A stretch of DNA of 64,000 bases from assembly GCA_030017555.1 (NCBI GenBank), contig JASEIC010000001.1, positions 2,571-66,570 on the forward strand, written 5' to 3'. Of this stretch, positions 18,834 to 27,245 are shown in pieces. This DNA comes from Patescibacteria group bacterium (GTDB lineage: Bacteria; Patescibacteriota; Minisyncoccia; UBA6257; GWB1-50-10). Each line of letters opens with the position of its first letter. Positions within the stretch are counted from its first letter, which is position 1. The notes under the pieces were generated by a model that worked only from the letters and a program-made list of their open reading frames with translations, did no database searches and was not told where the DNA came from. A program made the position numbers and the translations under genes.

Positions 18834-19661
18834 TCAAATATCCGACAAATTGTTAATTTTAAAGAAGTTCTCGAAAAGCTTAGCCACTAGAATCGGGCCA
18901 GTGCCGCCCGGCATCGGAGTATAAAACGAAAGCCGTGAAATATCTCCAGAAACATCTAAATCGCCAGCTAATTTGTTGTTAATTTCGCTGTAACCGAAAT
19001 CAATAACTGCCGCGCCTTGTTTTAATACATCTGATTTAATTAAACCGGTTTTACCAACTCCAGAAATCACTAAATCAGCTTGTTTTAATCCGCCAGCTGG
19101 CGGACTTAAATCACTGCCAATATCAAGCAAATAAATTTCTTGCGCCTTGCCCATAAGCCAAGTTGCGATTGGTTTGCCAATCAAAAAACCCAAACCAACT
19201 ACCGCGATTCTTGATTCTTGAATCTTGAATCTTGTTTCTTTAATTATTTTTTCTACTACTCCGACTGCTGGCGGCAAAATTGGATTTCGACCATTGTAAA
19301 ACGCGCCCAGTACCCGCTCACCCAAAACATCAACATCTTTTTCCCGTGGAATCACATTTAAAACATAATACTTATTTATGTGTTCTGGTAATGGCAATTG
19401 CACGATTATGCCGCCGCAGGTTTTATGATTTGCGATTTTCAAAACTTCTTTCCGCAATTCATCTTGTGAAATTGTTTCCGGAAATTTATACAATCTGAAA
19501 TCAATTTTTAATTCTTGCGCTATTTTCTCCTTTTGCTTTAAAAAGCTGATTGACGCTGAATTTTCACCAATCAAAAATGCGCCTAAAAATTTTGTGGGCT
19601 TCGACAATTTTTTTAGCTCTTCAATAATTCCCTGCGCAATTTTTCTACCATCTATTACCAT
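18834..19661 (-). CDS. folD: Bifunctional methylenetetrahydrofolate dehydrogenase/cyclohydrolase
   Basis: IDGRKIA, GIIVQLPLP, KDVD, VIDFG, TPMPGGTGP. Confidence 0.93.
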   Translation of the reverse strand: MVIDGRKIAQGIIEELKKLSKPTKFLGAFLIGENSASISFLKQKEKIAQELKIDFRLYKFPETISQDELRKEVLKIANHKTCGGIIVQLPLPEHINKYYVLNVIPREKDVDVLGERVLGAFYNGRNPILPPAVGVVEKIIKETRFKIQESRIAVVGLGFLIGKPIATWLMGKAQEIYLLDIGSDLSPPAGGLKQADLVISGVGKTGLIKSDVLKQGAAVIDFGYSEINNKLAGDLDVSGDISRLSFYTPMPGGTGPILVAKLFENFFKINNLSDI

Positions 19662-19672
19662 AATAATAAAAA

Positions 19673-20911
19673 TTATTCACCGATAGGAAATTGGGCGCAT
19701 AGTTTTTGAATTACCTCCTTAACTTCCTTTATTTGCTTTCTTAAAATTTTATCAATTATTTGGGCAATAAGCCTCATTTCCTTTTCTTTCATCCCTCTGG
19801 TAGTTAAAGCCGCGGCGCCCAAGCGAATGCCCGAGGGATCTTTTGGCGGCCTTAAATCATAAGGAATTGCCTCAATATTTACCACAATTCCGGCTTTTTC
19901 CAATAAATCCGCTGCCTCATTGCCGCTTATACTATTTTTAAAAGTATCTACATTAAATAAATGGGTATTGGTGCCGCCGGAAATAATTCTCCAACCGAGT
20001 TTTTTTAGTTCTTCGGCTAAAATATAAGTATTTTTTACAACTTGTTTCGCATATTTTTTAAAACTGGGAAGTGATGCCTCATAAAGCGCCACGCCAACTG
20101 CCGCAATAGCATTCATATGCGGTCCGCCTTGAATGCCCGGAAAAACCATCCGGTCAATATTTTTCGATAATTCTTTTTTGGAAAAAATTAATGCGGCTCT
20201 TGGACCACGCAAAGTTTTATGAGTCGTGGTCATTACTACGTGAGCATGGGGAAAAGGCGACGGATATGCACCACCTGTCACCAACCCGGCAAAATGCGAC
20301 ATATCAACCAAAAGTATTGCTTCTACAGCATCAGCAATTTCTCTAAATTTTTTAAAATCTATTACTTTAGAATACGCGCTTCCGCCGGCAATAATGAGTT
20401 TTGGTTTTTCTTTTTTGGCTAATTTTAAAATCTCATCATAATCCAAAAGCTCTGTTTTTGGATCTAAAACATAAGGAATTTGCCGCCACAATTTGCCCGT
20501 AACGCTTGCTTTATAACCATGAGTTAAGTGCCCGCCCATATCCAAGCGCATTCCCATGATTTTTCCCTGCCTACCGGCAGGCAGGTTGCCGCGCGGCACA
20601 AGCGCGAGCAGAATCGCCAAATTAGCCGGCGAACCAGAATATGGCTGAACATTCACATTCCATTTTTTTGACGACAACTGAAATAATCTAAGCGCTCGAG
20701 CTTGAACCAATTCTTCAAGCTCATCAGCAACTTCCGTGCCGCTGTAATAACGCGCGCCAGGATAACCCTCGGCGTATTTATTGACAAAAACCGAACCAAG
20801 CGCGTTCAAAATATCGCCTGATACAAAATTTTCCGAGGCAATTAAATTTAAAGTTTTATTTTGCCGTGTTTGCTCCCGTTTTATTAATTTTTTGATTTTC
20901 CTATCTCGCAT
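19673..20911 (-). CDS. glyA: Serine hydroxymethyltransferase
   Basis: LIASENF, NKYAEGYPG.RYY, GGHLTHG, TTTHKTLRGPR, QGGP, SGIRLG. Confidence 0.97.
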   Translation of the reverse strand: MRDRKIKKLIKREQTRQNKTLNLIASENFVSGDILNALGSVFVNKYAEGYPGARYYSGTEVADELEELVQARALRLFQLSSKKWNVNVQPYSGSPANLAILLALVPRGNLPAGRQGKIMGMRLDMGGHLTHGYKASVTGKLWRQIPYVLDPKTELLDYDEILKLAKKEKPKLIIAGGSAYSKVIDFKKFREIADAVEAILLVDMSHFAGLVTGGAYPSPFPHAHVVMTTTHKTLRGPRAALIFSKKELSKNIDRMVFPGIQGGPHMNAIAAVGVALYEASLPSFKKYAKQVVKNTYILAEELKKLGWRIISGGTNTHLFNVDTFKNSISGNEAADLLEKAGIVVNIEAIPYDLRPPKDPSGIRLGAAALTTRGMKEKEMRLIAQIIDKILRKQIKEVKEVIQKLCAQFPIGE

Positions 20912-20955
20912 AAATCTAAATGTAAACTAAATTCGCTTTTATTTCCAGAAAAAGC

Positions 20956-20988
20956 AAAATCGCCATTCCTTTTTAAAATGGCGATTTT
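20956..20988 (-). terminator. Hairpin terminator
   Basis: aaaatcgccatt..aatggcgatttt. Confidence 0.55.
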
Positions 20989-21011
20989 TTATTACTTCTT
21001 ATTTTAATAAT

Positions 21012-21350
21012 TTACTGATTTAGAAGTTTATTTAACTCGTCCAAGGATTGTCCTTCTTCGGATAAACCCTTAAACCCTTGCGGCTCAAGTTTTACCGGAA
21101 CAGTCAAGCTTGTTGGCGTGGAAGTTACGGCTGAAGTTGAGTTTTCGAGAGGAATAACTGGCGTCACAACCATCTGCTCTCCTCCGGTTTGTTCATTTTG
21201 AGGAAAAGCATTATTTACTTGATTTGCGTCTTGAGGAATATTATTGCTTGGTAAAAAAATCAAAGGCACATACGCGCCAACCACGCCAATCGCAACAATA
21301 ATTACAACAATTTTAACAAATTTTTGCTTTTTCTTAGTATTTAAATTCAT
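21012..21350 (-). CDS. Hypothetical single-pass membrane protein
   Basis: Probable start MNLNTKKKQKF; one TM followed by a low-complexity tail. Confidence 0.55.
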   Translation of the reverse strand: MNLNTKKKQKFVKIVVIIVAIGVVGAYVPLIFLPSNNIPQDANQVNNAFPQNEQTGGEQMVVTPVIPLENSTSAVTSTPTSLTVPVKLEPQGFKGLSEEGQSLDELNKLLNQ

Positions 21351-21411
21351 ACCCCCTCTATTAAAGCTCCAGAAAATAAAGAAGTCAATCCCATCCCATA
21401 CGAGGCAAAAC

Positions 21412-21978
21412 TTAAATAAGCTGGGGATGAGAATTTTCTTCTTTTGGAACTTGCAATTCAACTTTAAGCATTTTAACGCTATTTCTGTCAGGAAACCATA
21501 AAAAGCCTTGTTTTTTTATAAGTTCGAAGATTTCCTTGGTAATTTTCACGTCCTGAAGACAATAATTCTTTAATTTCTCTATTTCACCATTGCGGTAAAA
21601 ATCAATTGCTTCCAAACCGTGGGCGCTTTTTTTCATGCCTAGATTTGCTTCCGCAAGCATGCCTAAACCGATGCGCCGACTCATTTTTTTTTCAATTTCC
21701 TCCAAAATATCAAAGTGGGGTATAGCCGCTAAATTAAAAGGAAAATATTTTTCCAAAACCGGCACATCAAAACGTTTACTCGAAAAACCAATCAGCATTT
21801 TTGCGTTTTGTAAAAGTTTGCCCGCTTTTTCCAATTCATGCTCATTAAAACAAATGTAACTATCGTCCGCGTAAGAATAAACACCAATGACCGAAACATC
21901 GAGTCTTTTTAAATTTTCCTGACCCCCCACATCAGCAAATGAATTTTTTGTTTCAATATCAAAAACTATTTTATCCAT
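21412..21978 (-). CDS. RNase H-like (RNase_H_2/YprB-type) DEDD exonuclease domain protein
   Basis: IVFDIET, GF..KRFDVPVL, HFDIL, YCLQDV. Confidence 0.8.
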   Translation of the reverse strand: MDKIVFDIETKNSFADVGGQENLKRLDVSVIGVYSYADDSYICFNEHELEKAGKLLQNAKMLIGFSSKRFDVPVLEKYFPFNLAAIPHFDILEEIEKKMSRRIGLGMLAEANLGMKKSAHGLEAIDFYRNGEIEKLKNYCLQDVKITKEIFELIKKQGFLWFPDRNSVKMLKVELQVPKEENSHPQLI

Positions 21979-21981
21979 ATC

Positions 21982-22464
21982 CTACACGTGCCTGTCCGCA
22001 ACTTTGGACGCGGCATAACTTTCTGGTTTTGTTTTTGCTTCAAAATTATTAGCTCGAATCATACCCACCACCTCCTGAATTAAAACCCTTGTTTCGCCAT
22101 TTTCACCAACATCAGCGTGAATTTCAAAATCCCATTCCATAAAACCTGCTTCTTTTTCAAGCGTTAAAAGCAATTCTTTGGCAATATCAATCGAAAGTAA
22201 TACTTCTTTAATTATCCGATCTCGAAGCGTATGAAACTTGCCTAAAGTAATTCGCCGCCAAAAATAACGCCCGCCATTACCGACTCGATGAACAACAATC
22301 GCGGTCACAAAATCGCCGTTTTTGTTTGAAAGCTGCTCTGAATCAGTGCCAATAATTACTTTATAAAACCGCTTAGTGTCGGCTTTCATGAAACGAATGA
22401 TTTCTTGAACCACATCTTTAATATTAAGTTGTAAGCCAAATGAACTATGAAAAAGTAACGGCAT
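21982..22464 (-). CDS. Ribonuclease H-like YkuK family protein
   Basis: IIGTDS, FVTAIVVHRVGNGG, LRDRI..E, EIHADVG, KPESYAASKVADRH. Confidence 0.88.
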   Translation of the reverse strand: MPLLFHSSFGLQLNIKDVVQEIIRFMKADTKRFYKVIIGTDSEQLSNKNGDFVTAIVVHRVGNGGRYFWRRITLGKFHTLRDRIIKEVLLSIDIAKELLLTLEKEAGFMEWDFEIHADVGENGETRVLIQEVVGMIRANNFEAKTKPESYAASKVADRHV

Positions 22465-22596
22465 TAATTTACATTATGCTTAAAATATTATCTCGTCAAT
22501 CTTTTGATAATTCGATAAACTCACCACAATGTTTTGATTAATAAAAAAGCCCCACCATCGGCAGAACAAATATTGTTTCCCATGCCGTTTTTTGTT

Positions 22597-23139
22597 TTAA
22601 ATTATTTTATTGCCGCGTTTTCCGAATCCTGTTGCGTACTCGCCAAAATTTGTTTTACCAGCCAAATAACCCCAGGAATCAGCAAAAATAATGCGGTTTT
22701 TTGTTTTTATTTCCAAATACTGGTGAATATTAAATTCATAAAAAGTAAGATGCTCTTTAACGTCATTTTCACTAAACCTTCCGCTCTTTATAAGCATTGT
22801 TTTTAGCGCGAAATTTAACACGTTACACGTTTGTTTTTCGCCAATTTGATTCCAAATTTTATCAATATTTTTACGAAACATAATTTGAGGATATAAATGA
22901 GTTTGCCCAATCTTTATAATGTATCGCTTTTTTAAAAAATCTAAAAGCAATTTAATAAATTTTTCATCAGAGTTTTTTGTTTTTTCAGAAATTTCATCAG
23001 CGGTTTTTTGCATTTCAGAATTAATTACTTCTGGTATGGAAATTTTTCGCAAATGCGGAATAACAAACGGCGCAACAACGAAAATAATGAAAAAATAAAC
23101 TAAAATAACAATAAGAATTATAAGAACAAAAAACGGCAT
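22597..23139 (-). CDS. Membrane-anchored protein with putative transglutaminase-like Cys-His-Asp triad
   Basis: N-terminal TM; QTC..N, IHQYL, ADSW spacing. Confidence 0.45.
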   Translation of the reverse strand: MPFFVLIILIVILVYFFIIFVVAPFVIPHLRKISIPEVINSEMQKTADEISEKTKNSDEKFIKLLLDFLKKRYIIKIGQTHLYPQIMFRKNIDKIWNQIGEKQTCNVLNFALKTMLIKSGRFSENDVKEHLTFYEFNIHQYLEIKTKNRIIFADSWGYLAGKTNFGEYATGFGKRGNKII

Positions 23140-23154
23140 GAAAATTTTTGTAAG

Positions 23155-23226
23155 TGGGCACTGAGGGGATTGAACCCCCGACCTACTCGGTGTAAACGAG
23201 TCGCTCTACCACTGAGCTAAGTGCCC
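23155..23226 (-). tRNA. tRNA-Val(TAC)
   Basis: GGGCACTTAGCTCAGTGGTAGAGCG ACTCG-TTTACAC-CGAGT ..GGTTCAATCC..GTGCCCA cloverleaf; CCA not encoded. Confidence 0.93.
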
Positions 23227-23250
23227 TCAAATCTAACGGGGTGAATAAAC

Positions 23251-23280
23251 TGAACGCTCTAATCACTGAGCTATGCGCCC
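23251..23280 (-). pseudogene. Orphan tRNA 5' fragment (acceptor strand plus D arm)
   Basis: GGGCGCATAGCTCAGTGATTAGAGCGTTCA, then no anticodon or T arm. Confidence 0.6.
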
Positions 23281-23286
23281 AAGCTT

Positions 23287-23361
23287 TGGTGGGCGCGGAA
23301 GGGATCGAACCTTCGACTTCTGACTTATAAGGTCAGCGTTCTGCCACTGAACTACGCGCCC
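23287..23361 (-). tRNA. tRNA-Ile(TAT)
   Basis: GGGCGCGTAGTTCAGTGGCAGAACG CTGAC-CTTATAA-GTCAG ..GGTTCGATCC..CGCGCCCACCA. Confidence 0.92.
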
Positions 23362-23374
23362 CCAAACATTCTAG

Positions 23375-25216
23375 TTATTTAATAACTATCGGTTTAAGAT
23401 TAAAACTTTTTATAATTTTGTAAAACTCTTCATGTTCTAAAGTTTCTTTTTCAATCAAGATTTTAGCAATTCTATCAAGTGTTTCTTTTCGAGTTTCAAT
23501 TATTTTCTTAGCCGTATTTAAAGCTTTATTTATAAGACTTTTTACTTCTTTATCTATTTCCGCGCCAATTTCTTCAGAATAATCCTTTTCAGTAGAAATC
23601 TCGCGGCCTAAGAAAATAAGCTCTTGGGTTTTACCAAAAGACCTTGGACCTAATTTTTCATTCATTCCGTATTGAGTAATTAATCGATGAGCTAATTCAG
23701 TCGCTTGCCGAATATCACTTGAAGAACCGGTGGTAATATCTTTAAAAATTAAAAGTTCCGCCGCGTAACCGCCAAACGAAACCGCAAGATCTGTTAAAAA
23801 TTGAGACTTGGTTCTTAACCGCCGCTCTTCAATTGGAAGTTTAATAGTATAACCGCCGGCAATACCGCGACTAACAATTGAGACTTTATGAATCGGATCG
23901 GCTTCTTTTAATGACGCCGCAACCAACGCATGGCCTGCTTCGTGATAAGCGGTAATTTCTTTTTCTTTTGGTGAAATAATTCTGCTTTTTCTAGCAGGAC
24001 CTAAAAGCACTTTTTCAATAGAAGTTAAAATATCATCTTGAGCAATGATTTTGCGATTATGCCTTGCCGCCATAATTGCGGCTTCATTCAGTAAATTAGC
24101 GAGATCAGCGCCGGCAAAACCCGGCGTTCTTACGGCGACAGTTTTTAAATCGGTATTTTTATCCAAATTTTTCCCGCGACTGTGAATTTTTAAAATTTCC
24201 TCCCGGTCATTTATATCCGGCATATCAAGAATAACTCTTCGATCAAATCGGCCGGGACGCAAAAGCGCTTGATCTAAAATATCAGCCCGATTTGTCGCAG
24301 CTACAACAATAACATTTGTATCCCGTTCAAAACCGTCCATTTCCACCAAAATTTGATTTAGGGTTTGCTCCCTTTCGTCATGCCCGCCACCCAAACCAGC
24401 GCCACGCTCACGCCCGACCGCATCAATCTCATCAATAAAAACAATGGAAGGCGCGGCCCGCTTTGCGGTTTGAAACAAATCTCTTACCCGGGATGCGCCA
24501 ACGCCAACAAACATTTCCACAAACTCTGACGCGGAAATATGGAAAAATGGAACATTTGATTCGCCAGCGACCGCTCGCGCAAGAAGAGTTTTGCCTGTAC
24601 CTGGTGGGCCCATTAAAAGCACGCCACGGGGAATTCGAGCGCCGATTTCCAAAAACTTTTTTGGATTTTTTAAAAAATCCACAACTTCTTCTAATTCTTC
24701 TTTTGATTCCCTAAGCCCGGCCACGTCTTTAAAAGTTACCTTATCGCGCGATTGAGCAAAAAGACGAAGATTAACTTTACCAAAAGAAAAAGCTTGATTA
24801 ACGCCGGTTTTTGCCTGACGGAAAATCCACCAAAAAAGAGCGACCAAAATAATAATTGGCAAAAGAGAAGGAATAAGAATGCCTAACCAATATTTAATAC
24901 CGCTTTCGTCTTCGATTTTGTAAGAAACTTTTTGGAGCGCTTTTTCGTCAACGCCATAGTTTTTCAAAGTTTCCGTAAGCGAACTTTCGGCTTCTTTCCG
25001 AGAAATAGCATTAGTGCCGTCTTGAAGCAAAACCTTAACATCAGAACCGCCAACTGTAATATTTTTTACTTCACCAGCGTTAATCTTTTCGGCAACCTGA
25101 TCTAAAGTAAGTATCTGCGCGTCCGGCGAGCTAGATTCAAAAAGAAACGAAAAAAGAAGAGTAATGGAAAAAAGGACAATAAACGCCCAAAAGAAATTTT
25201 TGCCTAAATTTTTCAT
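23375..25216 (-). CDS. ftsH: ATP-dependent zinc metalloprotease FtsH
   Basis: 2 TM; GPPGTGKT; [10 protein letters not shown]; LLRPGRFDR; HEAGH; probable start MKNLGKN. Confidence 0.97.
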   Translation of the reverse strand: MKNLGKNFFWAFIVLFSITLLFSFLFESSSPDAQILTLDQVAEKINAGEVKNITVGGSDVKVLLQDGTNAISRKEAESSLTETLKNYGVDEKALQKVSYKIEDESGIKYWLGILIPSLLPIIILVALFWWIFRQAKTGVNQAFSFGKVNLRLFAQSRDKVTFKDVAGLRESKEELEEVVDFLKNPKKFLEIGARIPRGVLLMGPPGTGKTLLARAVAGESNVPFFHISASEFVEMFVGVGASRVRDLFQTAKRAAPSIVFIDEIDAVGRERGAGLGGGHDEREQTLNQILVEMDGFERDTNVIVVAATNRADILDQALLRPGRFDRRVILDMPDINDREEILKIHSRGKNLDKNTDLKTVAVRTPGFAGADLANLLNEAAIMAARHNRKIIAQDDILTSIEKVLLGPARKSRIISPKEKEITAYHEAGHALVAASLKEADPIHKVSIVSRGIAGGYTIKLPIEERRLRTKSQFLTDLAVSFGGYAAELLIFKDITTGSSSDIRQATELAHRLITQYGMNEKLGPRSFGKTQELIFLGREISTEKDYSEEIGAEIDKEVKSLINKALNTAKKIIETRKETLDRIAKILIEKETLEHEEFYKIIKSFNLKPIVIK

Positions 25217-25267
25217 CCTTAAAATATTACAGGAATTTAAAACGAAAATCAATTTAAAATAAAAAAC

Positions 25268-25291
25268 CGCTCCGAGTCTGGACTCGGAGCG
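25268..25291 (-). terminator. Hairpin terminator
   Basis: cgctccgagtc-tg-gactcggagcg with a T run on the minus strand. Confidence 0.65.
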
Positions 25292-25305
25292 AGATGATTA
25301 TAATT

Positions 25306-25974
25306 TTAAAATTGAAGAATTATTCCCCTGCAATACGCTTCAGCAATTCTGATTATCTTGTTTTTAATAGTAAATTCCGTATCTTTTTCATTTACAATTA
25401 ATGCGGGAATTTTATGGCCAAATTGACGCGCGTGCTCTTTTAATCCCTCGAATGAACTTTTTACCTGAATCGGTATTTCTTTTTGTTCTTCTTTGGAAAT
25501 AAATAAAATATTAAGATCAATACCATCATATCGGTCTTGATTTTTTGTGGACAGCCAAACATCCCTCACTGGTGAATTGCCAATCATATTTTTTGCTGTT
25601 GCAAAAACCATATCTTCATGCTGCCAACCTTTTTTACGAGCGTTAATTTCCCTTAAAATTGTCTCCGTCAAATCTTTAAAATCAGGAACTTCTTTTAAAA
25701 AAATTTGGCCGTGATAAGCCGATTCTCTGTGCCGCCAATCCTTTACTGGTTCAATGAATTCAATTTTTAAACGCGGTTTGTCTTTTCTTATTTTAAGAAT
25801 AAATTCAATTAGTCTTGCTTCTACTTTTCCTTCTTTGTAACCTTCAATTACATTATTGTCCCGTAAATCTTTTAAGACTTGTCGAATTAAACTTTTGCTC
25901 CAGCTAATTACTCTTGATCGCAGTTTGGTTTTTTTCATTTTCAGCACCGTCCTTTTCTTTAATTGACTGCTCAA
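25306..25974 (-). CDS. Hypothetical protein with C-terminal PD-(D/E)XK-like nuclease motif
   Basis: QDRYDGIDL..IPIQVKSS (D..D..QxK). Confidence 0.5.
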   Translation of the reverse strand: MSSQLKKRTVLKMKKTKLRSRVISWSKSLIRQVLKDLRDNNVIEGYKEGKVEARLIEFILKIRKDKPRLKIEFIEPVKDWRHRESAYHGQIFLKEVPDFKDLTETILREINARKKGWQHEDMVFATAKNMIGNSPVRDVWLSTKNQDRYDGIDLNILFISKEEQKEIPIQVKSSFEGLKEHARQFGHKIPALIVNEKDTEFTIKNKIIRIAEAYCRGIILQF

Positions 25975-26215
25975 TCACGTGTTTTACGTTATCGAAATTA
26001 ATCGGGAAAAAAGAATCAAAATTAATAACAATCGGACTTTTATTATCAGCGCGAATTATTCGAGCTTTTATTTTAAAAATCTCTTTGGTTGATGACTGGA
26101 TTACTGAAAAACTTTCAATACCAAACATACCTCTTTTTTTTAAACTGCAAAGAGCTGATTTAATGGTAGAAATTCGAACGTTTAATTCATTAAAGCTAAT
26201 TAGTGGTTTTTTCAC
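25904..26215 (-). CDS. Hypothetical protein
   Basis: 103 aa; GTG start with AAGGA SD; overlaps the downstream ORF. Confidence 0.45.
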   Translation of the reverse strand: MKKPLISFNELNVRISTIKSALCSLKKRGMFGIESFSVIQSSTKEIFKIKARIIRADNKSPIVINFDSFFPINFDNVKHVIEQSIKEKDGAENEKNQTAIKSN

Positions 26216-26351
26216 TCTGTTTCCTTATTTAGTTATCAAATTTAGCTAAAGTAAAACATAACACTAACTAGAAAATAATGCAAGGTGTTATAAAAATGAA
26301 AAGCCCCGCAAGATTTTTAGTTCTGGGGGCTTAAATATTACTTTAAATTAT

Positions 26352-27128
26352 TTAGACGGCTGTCGGCTGGGCAGAAATCCCTTTTCGAGTCGCATTCACC
26401 ATATCCCAATAAGCATTTTTTTCGGCTAAATCAGTGATCGCGTAGTGCGGCGGGCACTCTTCGTAAAAGCAGTTATGGCTTGCTTTAAACCATGCCTGTT
26501 CTGCGGCTAGCGTAAAATTCTTTTCTGCTATTTTACGCATAATGTGTTCGGGCGGAGAATTGCCATCAGCGATCCAAAAGAATGCTTCGTTCGTCCACTT
26601 AATAGTTGGCGTTTCTTCATGAAACTCAATCGCGGTTTTCGTAACTCGGAAGTCAACTGGCAGCTTCTTCGCAAGAAGGTAGAAACTATCGCTTTCCGGC
26701 ACAATGCTATATGCGATGATAGTCCCAAAATCGCGAAGCGCGCTCGCTTCCACGACATAAAGCACATCGTGGACAGTACGAAATCCAGCAATTGGACCGT
26801 TGGTCCACTCAACTGGCAACTTTTGACCAAGTCGGTTACAGATAATCTTCCCACAATTCGGTTCGCTAATTTCTACCGCTTGAAGTTGGAAGAAAAACTT
26901 CAAACCCTGAGGAATTTCAACTAACGGAACGATCTTATAAATCTCTTCACCCGTCTTTTCGGTAAAGTCATCTTCAAGACTACAGAGAATTTGTGTCCGA
27001 GGCACATTTTTTCCCCCTTGCCGAACAAACATCACTTGTTTATTTTTCTTGTTTAAGGCAAGTTCTCGAAATTGCCCGCGATGACCATTGATCATCGCAA
27101 AAACTTCAACGTTGTTTAATTTAGTCAT
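26352..27128 (-). CDS. Hypothetical protein
   Basis: 258 aa; SD AGGAG; promoter at 27187-27215; hairpin at 26301-26332. Confidence 0.65.
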   Translation of the reverse strand: MTKLNNVEVFAMINGHRGQFRELALNKKNKQVMFVRQGGKNVPRTQILCSLEDDFTEKTGEEIYKIVPLVEIPQGLKFFFQLQAVEISEPNCGKIICNRLGQKLPVEWTNGPIAGFRTVHDVLYVVEASALRDFGTIIAYSIVPESDSFYLLAKKLPVDFRVTKTAIEFHEETPTIKWTNEAFFWIADGNSPPEHIMRKIAEKNFTLAAEQAWFKASHNCFYEECPPHYAITDLAEKNAYWDMVNATRKGISAQPTAV

Positions 27129-27172
27129 TTTAAAATCTCCTATTAAATTGTTAAAAAATAATTATTGAATTA

Positions 27173-27215
27173 TAAAAACTGCTATAATTATAGCAGTCCT
27201 TGTTTCGTTTGTCAA
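27173..27215 (-). promoter_or_regulatory. sigma70 promoter with palindromic -10 region
   Basis: TTGACA-17 nt-TATAAT inside actgctataattatagcagt. Confidence 0.7.
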
Positions 27216-27245
27216 TACCGAATAAGCCTTTATTTTACTAAGTTT

